From Bdellovibrionales bacterium RIFOXYD12_FULL_39_22 (GTDB taxonomy: Bacteria > Bdellovibrionota > Bacteriovoracia > Bacteriovoracales > Bacteriovoracaceae): a stretch of 64,000 bases of DNA. Shown piece after piece: positions 8,766 through 18,979 of this stretch. Position 1 is the stretch's first letter. Each line of letters opens with the position of its first letter. The stretch is from positions 1 to 64,000 of the forward strand of contig MEQL01000012.1 in the NCBI GenBank assembly GCA_001770205.1. The letters are read 5' to 3'. The translations under genes and the position numbers were made by a program. Below the pieces are notes generated by a model that saw nothing but the letters and a program-made list of their open reading frames with translations, was not told the origin of the DNA and did not search any database.

Positions 8766-10729
8766 TTTTTCTTATATGGTAACACAATATCAAACGTAGT
8801 TCCAAGATTTTGACGAGAAGATACTCTTATCTCCCCTCCCAACTTTTTTACTTCAGACAAAACAGCACTCATTCCAACTCCTCTACCGGCGATAACATTC
8901 ACTTGTTCTGCAGTAGATATGCCCATATCAAAAATGTGATAATTTACTTCGTCATCACCCATCTTATCTACCACAGATGGCGACATACCTTGTTTTAATT
9001 TTTCACGAACTTTTTTGGTGTCAATTCCTTGGCCATCGTCACTAACTATAACTCTCAACTTCTCATCGCCATTTTGGACAGTCTCTAGAAGAAAGTTTAC
9101 AACGATGGCCCCTTCCTCCTCTTTTCCCTGAGCAGATCTAATCTCTGGAGTCTCGATTCCGTGATAGACTGCATTTCTAAAAAGATGAACCATCACTCCA
9201 AATATTTCACGAAAAGGATCTGCATAGATGCGAATGTCGCCATTATTAAATTTTATCGCTTTAAGTTTTTTATCTTGGGCCTCCGCCAATTCGCAGGCCA
9301 TGGTGGAATATTGAGTAAAATACTTATCTATCGCAGAATAAAGAAAAATCTCATCAAAGCTCTTTTTCAATAAATCCTGGCCAATATTTGGCATTAGCAG
9401 CTTGGCAGAATAATCTACGATGTCTCTCTTTCGCACCTCGACACTAACCTCTCCTGTCTCTATAGAATCCCCTAAAAAGGCCTTACATTCCTCTATAGTT
9501 GACAGCAATGCTTGATGGAAATTTTCTAACTCTACTCGTAATTTTGTTAGATTTGCAAGTAGCGTCGATTCAGCACTTTCTCGAATCTGGGAGAGATGAT
9601 TTTCTAATTTATGCCCAGTGGCCTCCAGCTTGGCAACTGAATACATTGCGGCCATCCCTTTAATGGAATGCACTTGTCGAAAAACGTGGCCTAAGTCCCA
9701 AGTTCCAACATTGGCCTTATCAAAAAGATCTGTTAACCATTCCACCATTTTTTTACAATCAAATATAAATTGAAAAAACTGTTCTCTATTTTTTGTTACT
9801 TTAATTATCATCTGGGCAAATTTATGCTCTCGATTTGCACTATTTTTTGCATTCAATTCTTCTGTTTTATCCGTTGCAACTGTAACAATACCACTCAACT
9901 TTCCAAATTCATCTTTCATTGGAAAATAATCTAGCTCAATATATCTTCCAACACTGTTATAAAAATTTGTAGGGCCTAATTTAACAAAATCAATGAAAGG
10001 GATCATACTTTTGAATAATCCCTTTGACCAAAACTCTATCTCTGAAATACGTTCTTTGCCGATATTGATAACATCCCAGAATTTTTTTCCAGCTGGAGAG
10101 AGATTAAAAATCCGCTCACAGGCCTTTGTATAGATTGGCAGACAATTACCATCTTTATCAAAAACCAATAACCCTTGTTCTAAGCTATTGATCATTGCAT
10201 TTAAAAAACTGTTTATTGATTTTAATTCGGCAGTTCTTTGTTCAACCATTTTCTCCAAGTTGGTTGAATAGTTTTTTAACTCCACTTGCGCCTGTTGTAA
10301 TTGCTCAATGACCATTTCTTTTTTTTCTAACTCTGCTTTGTATTTGGAGTGAAGATTTTCCTCTAAGGTCATCTCTCTAATGATCACTGACAAATTGCAA
10401 ATATTGCTACTACAACTAACGTCACATCTTTGTACTAAGATCAGGCCTTTGCGTTCTACTAGTCCTATACTATTTTGAGTTTTAAAACTAATCTCTTTGT
10501 AAGAATTTAAGCTATTGGCGACGCCTTCTGCAGTTAAAGTACTTTCATCTGTCAAATATGAAAATTCATTATCAAAAGTTATTACATCCTTAAGATGACG
10601 GCCCTTTTGCATTCTCTTTTGTGAAATCCCCACTAAAATAGAGGAAGCCTCATTACTATAGATAATTTTTTTATCGCGATCTAATACAAAGATGGCGTCC
10701 AAAATATTGTCGTAGAATGAAAAATCCAT
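8762..10729 (-). CDS. PAS-PAS-Hpt-HATPase CheA-like histidine kinase with no CheW domain
   Basis: Two PAS-like segments, coiled coil (LEKMVEQRTAEL), Hpt VHSIKG, CheA-type ATPase HLFRNAVYHGIE, DDGQGID and GRGVGM. The protein ends right after the ATPase domain. Confidence 0.88.
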   Translation of the reverse strand: MDFSFYDNILDAIFVLDRDKKIIYSNEASSILVGISQKRMQKGRHLKDVITFDNEFSYLTDESTLTAEGVANSLNSYKEISFKTQNSIGLVERKGLILVQRCDVSCSSNICNLSVIIREMTLEENLHSKYKAELEKKEMVIEQLQQAQVELKNYSTNLEKMVEQRTAELKSINSFLNAMINSLEQGLLVFDKDGNCLPIYTKACERIFNLSPAGKKFWDVINIGKERISEIEFWSKGLFKSMIPFIDFVKLGPTNFYNSVGRYIELDYFPMKDEFGKLSGIVTVATDKTEELNAKNSANREHKFAQMIIKVTKNREQFFQFIFDCKKMVEWLTDLFDKANVGTWDLGHVFRQVHSIKGMAAMYSVAKLEATGHKLENHLSQIRESAESTLLANLTKLRVELENFHQALLSTIEECKAFLGDSIETGEVSVEVRKRDIVDYSAKLLMPNIGQDLLKKSFDEIFLYSAIDKYFTQYSTMACELAEAQDKKLKAIKFNNGDIRIYADPFREIFGVMVHLFRNAVYHGIETPEIRSAQGKEEEGAIVVNFLLETVQNGDEKLRVIVSDDGQGIDTKKVREKLKQGMSPSVVDKMGDDEVNYHIFDMGISTAEQVNVIAGRGVGMSAVLSEVKKLGGEIRVSSRQNLGTTFDIVLPYKKK

Positions 10730-10757
10730 ATGCTATTCTCAATAACAGGGTAACATA

Positions 10758-10784
10758 GCTTCGGAAAATCACCGCCAATCTTGA
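10758..10784 (-). promoter_or_regulatory. Putative sigma28 (FliA)-type promoter
   Basis: Minus strand TCAAG-N14-TCCGAAGC, 28 nt upstream of the kinase ATG, compared with the consensus TAAAG-N14-GCCGATAA. Confidence 0.55.
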
Positions 10785-10846
10785 GAAGTAATTGGAGGAA
10801 TAGCAATGGCAATATTTGACCATCTAAATTGGTTACAAAAAAAATA

Positions 10847-11836
10847 TCAGTTAAACAAAACGCCAAGATTAAGTCCGGCGGTTAATTCTGACTGCGAAGA
10901 ATAGGCCCCGTTTAAAATCTGATACTCCAAAGTAGGAGCAATTTTAATGGCAATGGAAGAAAGTTTTATTTTCAAAATAGTGGCCAATTTCCCGCCATAC
11001 CCTCCCAAAAACTCCACCTTTGCACTTGTCGCAGGCAAGGCGTAATTAATAGATAATTGAAGATCACCATCCGTATTTAATGCCCGATAGGCCTGGTAAT
11101 TTATAAGCATATTTATAGAAAAGTGCGCTACATCTCCTAAGCAAATATCTTCAGTTGTCATATCGTAAATAATAGTATCGTTGCCGTAGAGAACTGATCC
11201 TCGCAAAGCAAACTTATCGTTAAAAAGATAGCTTCCTCCCGGCCCTATGGCATATTGAAAAAACTGCGTTCCACTCAGAGAAACTGCTCCTTCACCGATG
11301 GGAGGATAAAAAGATTCACTACCCAAAAGAGTTGTTATAAAAAGGCCAAACTTACTGTTTAGTTGATAGGAAAAATCATACAGCAGAAAATATTTAAGTT
11401 TAGAAAAAAGAGTGCCGTCAGTTGAAACAGTTGGTGAATCAATATCAAACCTAACTAGCGACATCGAAGAATAGAAATTGACAGTATGTTCAATGCTTTT
11501 AAAACTCTTGGCCTTTCGTTTTTTTATACTTAAAATATACTTTTTCATCATCATCTTATTTGCATTTTTTTCCGGCAAATAAAGAGTAACCCTTTCACCT
11601 TTTTTTAAATGTTGCCAATTTTTAATATGTCCATTTTTTTTGGCAACAATCTTCAGTACTTTATTTTTTATAAGCTCGGAAGTATTTGCCACTAAAAAGA
11701 CATTTACCACTCTTTTAATGGGATCTTCGCCCCTACAAATATATTCAAGCTTATAAATTTTTTCTGCATAGACAGCCGATGAAAAAATGGCCATAAGTGT
11801 AAGTAACGTTAAAATTAAAAAAAATATATTTTTCAT
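10847..11836 (-). CDS. Exported protein with LysM-like N-terminal domain and probable outer-membrane beta-barrel
   Basis: Signal peptide (AVYA), YICRGED...KKNGHIKNWQHLKKGERVTLYLP LysM-like pattern, alternating beta strands and C-terminal LNLGVLFN. Confidence 0.6.
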   Translation of the reverse strand: MKNIFFLILTLLTLMAIFSSAVYAEKIYKLEYICRGEDPIKRVVNVFLVANTSELIKNKVLKIVAKKNGHIKNWQHLKKGERVTLYLPEKNANKMMMKKYILSIKKRKAKSFKSIEHTVNFYSSMSLVRFDIDSPTVSTDGTLFSKLKYFLLYDFSYQLNSKFGLFITTLLGSESFYPPIGEGAVSLSGTQFFQYAIGPGGSYLFNDKFALRGSVLYGNDTIIYDMTTEDICLGDVAHFSINMLINYQAYRALNTDGDLQLSINYALPATSAKVEFLGGYGGKLATILKIKLSSIAIKIAPTLEYQILNGAYSSQSELTAGLNLGVLFN

Positions 11837-14800
11837 CTATTCCATAACTTCTAAATTCCCATTATCGCTACTTTCACCTTCTCTTCCAAATTTATCTATA
11901 GGGGTAATTTTATAATTAAACTTTCCAATATATGGCCCATCCCAAATAAAATACTCTCCAAATACTTTCTCATTGATAATTGATTTTGTATTATTGGAGG
12001 TTAATTCATAAACCTCTAACTTATATGCCGCAGCTCCGGGAACGGCCTTCCACTCAAAAGAGAAAACCTCTTCTAGGGAGCCTATCGATTTATTGTTCTT
12101 TATTTGATACTTCGCCAATTTGTGTTTTATATTTTTGGCCAACAGAGGGGGGGCGGACAACGTCTTCATTTCAATATCTGCTGAAACAATTTCCGAAAAC
12201 TGCGTTTCCCGCCGGCCAGGTAATATACCGGCAATCCTCCAATATATTTTTCCCAATTTGTTTGCTTGATAATTAAAACTGTATTTCACTGTTTTGATCA
12301 CTTCGCTTTCAAAAACAATATCTTTTTTGGAAAAGGACGGATCAGTGGCAATCACTGCCTTATAACCCAGCGCTCCCTCATGGGCCTTCCAATTCATTGC
12401 TATCTTGGCCTTATAATTTTTTAGCTCATATTGCTCCCCACTTTGAGATAAAAGCTCTATGGGTGAATCGTTGACTATTTCAAAGCTGGTGATCTCACTA
12501 GCACCACTAGAATTTGCCCCAGAGGCGACAGATAAAAGTTTTCGTTCTACTTTCCAAAAATAGCGGCCAACTTTTAAATTGGCCAATTCCACAAAACTCT
12601 CTGAACTAACTTCTTTATCAAAAATGGGTGTTGAAAATTTTCTATCTTCGTCGACCAACACTCTTACCGTTGGCCACCCCGCGGGATCTTTCCAGCTAAG
12701 TTTTAATGCGACTTCTCCGCTTTTTGCATTTGTCTTTGATAACATAATTGCCGTACCATCTAGTGGAGTAACTGGTAAAATAGCGGCCTCCGATTTAACT
12801 TCAAAAAAAACTGATTCAGATTTTACTAAATGCTCGCCTTTGCCAATTATAATTTCATATGAATATTTCCCAGAAGCAAGTATCACTTCTTCTGAAAAGT
12901 TGGGCCCCGCAAATTTCTTTTTATCTTTTTTTAGATAACGCTTAATTACTCGTTTTTTTTCTGCAGCAGTAATTACTAAGTTATAGTTATCCACTTCTCC
13001 TTCAGTGGCCCAAGCAAATGTTACCGACTCGTTTTTATTTTTTTGCCATAAAACCTCATCGGTTTGTGGACGAAATTTAGCAATCAAAATCTGTCTAACG
13101 GAAAAACTTCTAGTACTACTCCAGGGACTATTGGGGCGGCCATCCTCCATAACTTTCACTCGCCAAAAATAATTTCCACGCGACAAATCAGATGCAATAT
13201 ATTCTGTATCATTATCAATTTTCTTCTCGACAATAACTGATTTAAAACTACTCTCGGTTGAAATCTGCAGAAAATATTTTGAAGCACCAGTATCATCTTT
13301 CCATTTTAGCAACAATTTTTCTAAAACTTGTTCATGCCCTTTAAGATACAACTCTTGTTTTTCTGATGGCGCCAATAATGCCACCGGCCTATTATATCTT
13401 AACCTCAATTTCATTGGAGAACTCTTCTCCACTAAATTGGCCTTGCCAAAAATTAAATACCAATCATACTCTCCTACCGGCAATACTAACTCTTCTTGAT
13501 ACATTTTACCTGTAAACTTATTTGGATGTTGTTTGGCAGTTTTTTCGATAGAAATTGCACGTTTCCCTCCTCCACCCACCACTAAAGTGTATGACTCAAT
13601 CAGAAAATCGGCCTCCCATTCAAAGGTAATTGCTTGCTTACCATCATTTGCCCAAACCAAGGCCCCCTCTGTTGGGGAAATAAAACGAATCTCTGACTTC
13701 ATAACTACAAAACTTCGACTGTCGCTCCACCCCAAATTGGGACGATCACTATCCAATACTGCTACTCGCCAAAAATAGTTCCCTTCTTCCAATTTATTAT
13801 AGGTCAGATGAGTTTCTGATAACTCCTTATCCAGCAACAGGTCACGAAAATTTTCATCCTTGGCAATCTGTAAATGAAATTGTTTAGCGTTAGTAACGTC
13901 ATTCCATCCTAAATCAACTTGAGGAAAATAATCCTCTTCTTTTTTAATGGAGAAAAATTTTTTATCTGCTGGCGTTGACAAGGCCACTTTACTATTTTGC
14001 CTTAAAGAAAACTCTCCCCCCTCAAATACAAATTTCTGCCCGTAGCGATGAGCGACAATCTGCCACTGATAATCTCTTCCTGCTTCTAAAATAACTGCTC
14101 GTTCAAATTGTAAATTTTCTCCTTCTTCCGATTGCACATTAATCTCTATCTCTCGCTTTTTCCCATCTTTCCGATCAAGCACTACCAACGATGCACGATC
14201 TAATGGCCCTTTGGAGTTAAAACTAAATTTACAATTACGATCCTCTCCCAACCAAATTATTTCTTTATTCTCTGGCGCCGTGGCCAGAATATCTACTTTG
14301 TCTATCGTAAACTTAAATGGCCGCCCCCAATCTAAAATAGGTCGCTCAGAATCAATTGAGCGAACTCTCCAATAATAAGATCCCTGAGCATATTCCCCTA
14401 ACAGAAGTGCCGCTTTTGTTACTTCCTGTTCATATAAAATTTGTGAGAAATTTGGATTTTTAGCTACTTGAATAGCATAGCGTCTGGCCATAGTTGGGTC
14501 ACTCCATTTAAATTCTACTTTCCGTGCTACGCTCTCGTTTTTGGCCAAAAAAAGTACCGTTTGATCAACAGGAGAAAGAGGAGTTACCTCTCTATTTTGC
14601 TGGTTATTTATCGTATAGGTTTGTCCTGATGAGCGCTTACCACGCTTTACAATTTCAACGTTCCAGGAATAAACCCCTGCAGGCAAAATCAGATTTTCTT
14701 GATAAAACTCTTTTTCAAAAAAGGATTGATCTCTGGAGGCAACTCTCTCAATTGTTTTTTCTACTTTTGCTGATTTAACTTTTAAAGCATAACTATCAAC

Positions 14801-16078
14801 AACTCCGGCAACCTTCCAGCTAAATTTAACAACACCGGCCTCGCCCACAAACCACAAGTTTTGCCCAGAAGGTGGCAACTGCTCTTCAATTGCCATCGTT
14901 TCAACGGAAAATAAATTTGGATCAGACCAAAGAATCTCCGACCGATCTTTATCGATGGCCTTAACACGCCAGTAATAATTTCCTCCTGACAATGAGGGAA
15001 AAAGGGCATGTGTTCCACTTACTGTCTGCTCGCTAACAATGTTAGAAAAATCAACTTGCCTACTCAATTGAATCTCGTAGCGACTCACCCCACTATCTTG
15101 TCGCCACGATAGTGGAACATCCCGTCCGGCCGCCCCTTTGTTGATATAAAAAACATAATCTCTTGCTGGAGCAAGCAATTTGACAGGAAGATTCTCGGCG
15201 TGAGCAAAAGAGAGTTTAAAACTTTTAAATTCCTTTGCCCCTTTTTTTGCAATAACATGCCAAGAGAATTTTCCTGCCGGCAGCTCTATCTCCTCCGCAA
15301 ACTCACGACGCCCCTCTAAAAATACCACATCCTTGGCGCCTCTTACAATTTCAATTTTCTTATTTTTAGACTCTACAATTAGTCGATAAGAATCAACACT
15401 CTCCGAACTCTTCCATCTAAAAAGAACTTTAGAATTCTCCGTGTACCATAGCTTGGCATTGCCTGCCGGTGCAAGAATCTCCAGATCAACTTTTACTGTT
15501 TCAATTTTTCCATCCTGAGAAACCGTCAGCAAACTATTTTTTTCAATCAGTTGTTTATTCTCTCCAAACTGCATCTCTACATTTCCCGCCAAAACTGCAA
15601 TACTTTGTGCTCCTCCTTTTGCAATTTCTAATTTAACTTTGGCGTTGTTAGAAGAACGCAACTCTTTTTTTTCTCCATTGGCCAAAAGGGCCAATTTGCT
15701 TCTGGCACCAATATCTCCGACGAAAGATCCTTGTTCCATATTCAGTAAAATATTGTTGGCATCGCTATTTAAAGTAACCAGCGACTTCTCTTCAATGACG
15801 ATGGAAGATTTATCTGAAAAAGTTATCTCTACGTTAGAATTGTCACCAGTATAAATGGAATCAGCGGAATAGATATTATTTTGTTGTTTTATAGGATACC
15901 AGCCAAAGTCGTTTACCAACTTCCTCCTTACATCGTTGCTCTCCTCCGTTACACTTCCTATAACTTCTAGTTCATCAACATTTCGTCCGCCTACGGAAAA
16001 AAAAATATCCTCATCAAAGACTAAAAAAGTCGAAACGATAAACACGATGACACTAACAATCAAAACAATTTTTTGCAT
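11837..16078 (-). CDS. Large membrane-anchored FecR-domain protein with ~12 FN3/Ig-like repeats
   Basis: N-terminal TM, FecR-like DSIYTGDNSNVEITFSDKSSIVIEEKSLV, and repeated LSW...YxIQxxxxxxF...GxYYWRV modules. Confidence 0.8.
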   Translation of the reverse strand: MQKIVLIVSVIVFIVSTFLVFDEDIFFSVGGRNVDELEVIGSVTEESNDVRRKLVNDFGWYPIKQQNNIYSADSIYTGDNSNVEITFSDKSSIVIEEKSLVTLNSDANNILLNMEQGSFVGDIGARSKLALLANGEKKELRSSNNAKVKLEIAKGGAQSIAVLAGNVEMQFGENKQLIEKNSLLTVSQDGKIETVKVDLEILAPAGNAKLWYTENSKVLFRWKSSESVDSYRLIVESKNKKIEIVRGAKDVVFLEGRREFAEEIELPAGKFSWHVIAKKGAKEFKSFKLSFAHAENLPVKLLAPARDYVFYINKGAAGRDVPLSWRQDSGVSRYEIQLSRQVDFSNIVSEQTVSGTHALFPSLSGGNYYWRVKAIDKDRSEILWSDPNLFSVETMAIEEQLPPSGQNLWFVGEAGVVKFSWKVAGVVDSYALKVKSAKVEKTIERVASRDQSFFEKEFYQENLILPAGVYSWNVEIVKRGKRSSGQTYTINNQQNREVTPLSPVDQTVLFLAKNESVARKVEFKWSDPTMARRYAIQVAKNPNFSQILYEQEVTKAALLLGEYAQGSYYWRVRSIDSERPILDWGRPFKFTIDKVDILATAPENKEIIWLGEDRNCKFSFNSKGPLDRASLVVLDRKDGKKREIEINVQSEEGENLQFERAVILEAGRDYQWQIVAHRYGQKFVFEGGEFSLRQNSKVALSTPADKKFFSIKKEEDYFPQVDLGWNDVTNAKQFHLQIAKDENFRDLLLDKELSETHLTYNKLEEGNYFWRVAVLDSDRPNLGWSDSRSFVVMKSEIRFISPTEGALVWANDGKQAITFEWEADFLIESYTLVVGGGGKRAISIEKTAKQHPNKFTGKMYQEELVLPVGEYDWYLIFGKANLVEKSSPMKLRLRYNRPVALLAPSEKQELYLKGHEQVLEKLLLKWKDDTGASKYFLQISTESSFKSVIVEKKIDNDTEYIASDLSRGNYFWRVKVMEDGRPNSPWSSTRSFSVRQILIAKFRPQTDEVLWQKNKNESVTFAWATEGEVDNYNLVITAAEKKRVIKRYLKKDKKKFAGPNFSEEVILASGKYSYEIIIGKGEHLVKSESVFFEVKSEAAILPVTPLDGTAIMLSKTNAKSGEVALKLSWKDPAGWPTVRVLVDEDRKFSTPIFDKEVSSESFVELANLKVGRYFWKVERKLLSVASGANSSGASEITSFEIVNDSPIELLSQSGEQYELKNYKAKIAMNWKAHEGALGYKAVIATDPSFSKKDIVFESEVIKTVKYSFNYQANKLGKIYWRIAGILPGRRETQFSEIVSADIEMKTLSAPPLLAKNIKHKLAKYQIKNNKSIGSLEEVFSFEWKAVPGAAAYKLEVYELTSNNTKSIINEKVFGEYFIWDGPYIGKFNYKITPIDKFGREGESSDNGNLEVME

Positions 16079-16133
16079 TATAAAATTATATTATAATTCT
16101 TTACGGCGTGCCAAATAAATTCATAGTTTTTCT

Positions 16134-17000
16134 TTAAAACTTGACAGCGATAGATGCCGTTTTAGAAAGATTAGTTTGCGGGGTAACACTGATAATTTTT
16201 GGATGTTTAAACTTAATCTGAGATCGCGCAGTCAACTCAAAACTCCCACCTTTGGTGAAATAGTTTTTGTATCTAGAAAGGTCTACCGTCACTTGCGTTT
16301 TATCTCCCATCTCTAGCAACTCATATTCGCTAGGATAAAGATCTCGATCATCAATAACCTGACTGGAAAAGAGCTTCTTTTGCACAATTTTCAATCCAGG
16401 AACAAAACTCTCTGGAAAATCAACTCGGTTGACTTTAAACGTCAAGGAATAGTCCCTATAACTCATCTCTGATAGAGGCGCGCTTACCGGATTGAGATGT
16501 TCACTTAGACGACCAAAACTAACCTGATAGAGTACACGAAACTTTTTTGTCGGACGACGATCGCTCAAAACTTGATAATCCAAAACTTCTCCATAGGCAA
16601 CCAACGCTTCTGTTCCTCTTACTTCAACTTTGATATTCATCTCATTTAGGGAGACAGCTACTTCTTGATTGGGGCCTAACTCCTGGGCCGCCGGGCCTAG
16701 CATCATCTCAATCTCACCTAATATAAAATAATCTCTGACCTCTACCGGTACAGGTACATTTTGATAACAGGTATATTCTCTTCCACGAGAATCAACACAA
16801 ACGCGAGCAACTCGCTCATAATTGTAGGCAGTATGCTTTTTTACTCCCTTGAGTGCAAAACTATACGAGTCAACAGGTACTGTATAGTTAAACGTATGCT
16901 TGTCTTGATAAGTTGGTAAAGCAAAAACAGAAGTCGAAAAAATAAATAAAATGGAGAAAAAAATGAATAACGGGCAAAGCGTCGCAAATCTCATTTGCAT
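16134..17000 (-). CDS. Hypothetical exported protein
   Basis: Signal peptide ending SVFA, good SD (AGGAG), 288-aa ORF, no recognised family. Confidence 0.7.
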   Translation of the reverse strand: MQMRFATLCPLFIFFSILFIFSTSVFALPTYQDKHTFNYTVPVDSYSFALKGVKKHTAYNYERVARVCVDSRGREYTCYQNVPVPVEVRDYFILGEIEMMLGPAAQELGPNQEVAVSLNEMNIKVEVRGTEALVAYGEVLDYQVLSDRRPTKKFRVLYQVSFGRLSEHLNPVSAPLSEMSYRDYSLTFKVNRVDFPESFVPGLKIVQKKLFSSQVIDDRDLYPSEYELLEMGDKTQVTVDLSRYKNYFTKGGSFELTARSQIKFKHPKIISVTPQTNLSKTASIAVKF

Positions 17001-17087
17001 GTTTTTTCTCCTGTAAAAAAACAGAAATTCTACTAAGATAGTAGATATCCCAAAATGGCCGGAAAGGAAAGATCTATGCTTAAAAAG

Positions 17088-17477
17088 TTATGCTGCCTTA
17101 CGACAACTATCCCAACGAAAAATTGCCTTATCTATGGCCCGAGAAAGATCATGGTTGGCCCTTAATTTATCTATGAATGCGTCATGAACATCGTTATTTG
17201 GCACTCCAATCTCATCTAGCGGATGGCCACTCATCATCACCACCGGATAGTCGGCGTGTACCATTCGACTAAATTCTATCCCATTAATTCCAGGCATGAC
17301 CAAGTCAGTCACCACCACATCGAAATCACTCTCCTTCAACATCGACAATGCCATTGATGCCGAAGTGGTAATTGCCACTTTGTAACCACAGTTAACTAAA
17401 TGTTCTTGAATTGTTTCGAGAATATCCCCATCATCATCGACAACAAGGACTCTAGGTTTCATCTGACGTTCCACCAT
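17088..17477 (-). CDS. Single-domain response regulator receiver protein
   Basis: LVVDDD, VTDLVMPGING, MMSG and DK motifs. Start moved to ATG 17477, which follows SD AGGAGGGAG; TATAAT lies just upstream of 17507. Confidence 0.85.
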   Translation of the reverse strand: MVERQMKPRVLVVDDDGDILETIQEHLVNCGYKVAITTSASMALSMLKESDFDVVVTDLVMPGINGIEFSRMVHADYPVVMMSGHPLDEIGVPNNDVHDAFIDKLRANHDLSRAIDKAIFRWDSCRKAA

Positions 17478-17567
17478 ACTCCCTCCTAGCGAGTTTGCCC
17501 ATGACATATTATACCGCTAAAAGGAAGCTCAGGAGGAAAAAAATTTATCTTTTTATTGTAAGATTAT

Positions 17568-18851
17568 TTAGGCCTGCCTAAAAAATAGTGACAACAATTT
17601 ATACAAATCGAAGGCATCCTTTGTTCCGGCAGTCTCTCTTATTGAATGCATTGACAGTGTAGGTACCCCAATGTCTACTGTTTGCACACCCAGTAGTGCA
17701 GAGGTCGTGGGGCCGATAGTGCTGCCACAGCCGACATCTGATCTGGCCACAAAACTCTGCAACGGAACTTGTGCTACATCCGCTAGGAGTGAAAAAAATG
17801 CTGAGGAATGGCCATTGGAGGCATATTTTTGATTGGCGTTGAACTTAATAACTGGCCCTCGATTTAAAAGCGGAGAGTGTCCAGGCTCGTGTTTTTCTGG
17901 ATAATTGGGATGAAGCGCATGTGCATTGTCTACAGAGGCCATTAGCGCACGGGCCATAACTCGACTAACCTTTTCAAATTCTCCACCACAAATACGGCCA
18001 ATGACTGTCTTCAAAAAATTACTTTCTGCACCGGCCAAGGAGATGGAGCCACACTCCTCATGATCATTACACACTAACAATCCGCAAATCTCATCACCAC
18101 AAGACTGAAGTGCCTTTGCCCCAACAAAACAGCTGAGCAAATTATCTAAGCGAGATCCTGTAATGAAATCGTTGTTAAGGCCTACCACCTGAGGCGGGTT
18201 TGTGTCATAAAGAAAAAGTTCATGTCCCAAAACTTTGCTTGCTTCCAGGCCCATATTGTGTAGATAACTAAGCAAAAGGCCATCGAATGATGGAAGAGTT
18301 ACACTGGCATCAATTTCCATCAATATAGGAGGAAGTTCTTTTTGTTTGTTGATGGTAGAATTATCACCACCATTCCGATTTAGATGAATTGCCAAACTTG
18401 GAATGATTGCCACTGCTGTTTTAAAATCAATCAGTGCCGATGCTACAGACATGCTTTTATCCAAATAGTTGACCCTGCCGGCAATAGATAAATCGCGATC
18501 AAACCAAGTAGCGAGAATCATCGAACCATAAGGTTCAATGGCCAACTGAAAAATATTTTTGCTTACTACTTCAGGGTTTGGTTTGATCTTCATCGTTGGA
18601 CTATCCGTGTGCGCACCCACAATACGCCAAACACTATCTTCCACCGCTTTGTTAGAAAGTTTGAATGCGATAATAGCTGATTCATTACGAACGACATAAT
18701 ATTTTCCGCCAGCACTCATGGCCCATTTCTCTTCTTCATATAGACGAGTAAAGCCATCGGAAATTAGCATCTCCTCAATTTTTTTTGCTGCATGAAATGC
18801 CGTTTTCGACTCGGTAATAAAGTCTAACAAGTCACGATTAAATCTTTCCAT
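17568..18851 (-). CDS. apeB: M18 family aspartyl aminopeptidase
   Basis: GAHTDSP, TWFDRDL, SRLDN, DHEECGS, DNAH, GSTIGP and MHSIRE motifs. Confidence 0.93.
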   Translation of the reverse strand: MERFNRDLLDFITESKTAFHAAKKIEEMLISDGFTRLYEEEKWAMSAGGKYYVVRNESAIIAFKLSNKAVEDSVWRIVGAHTDSPTMKIKPNPEVVSKNIFQLAIEPYGSMILATWFDRDLSIAGRVNYLDKSMSVASALIDFKTAVAIIPSLAIHLNRNGGDNSTINKQKELPPILMEIDASVTLPSFDGLLLSYLHNMGLEASKVLGHELFLYDTNPPQVVGLNNDFITGSRLDNLLSCFVGAKALQSCGDEICGLLVCNDHEECGSISLAGAESNFLKTVIGRICGGEFEKVSRVMARALMASVDNAHALHPNYPEKHEPGHSPLLNRGPVIKFNANQKYASNGHSSAFFSLLADVAQVPLQSFVARSDVGCGSTIGPTTSALLGVQTVDIGVPTLSMHSIRETAGTKDAFDLYKLLSLFFRQA

Positions 18852-18979
18852 TTATACACTCCATCGCTATCTGCTTTGAGCAAAAGCTAAATCATTTTTA
18901 CCCTTTAGTTTATTCTACCTATCTTGGATTTAATAGTATATATTATGCCACATCCAAAAATTTAATCAGGGAGGAAATC

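Noticed and set aside
10681..10866. 61-aa ORF bridging the barrel gene and the kinase gene
   Set aside because: It overlaps both neighbours out of frame, has no SD or motif, and the interval is better explained as a promoter.
16098..16114. Sigma54-like TGGCAC on the minus strand upstream of the FecR gene
   Set aside because: The -12 GC element is missing (AAAGAA instead of TTGC).
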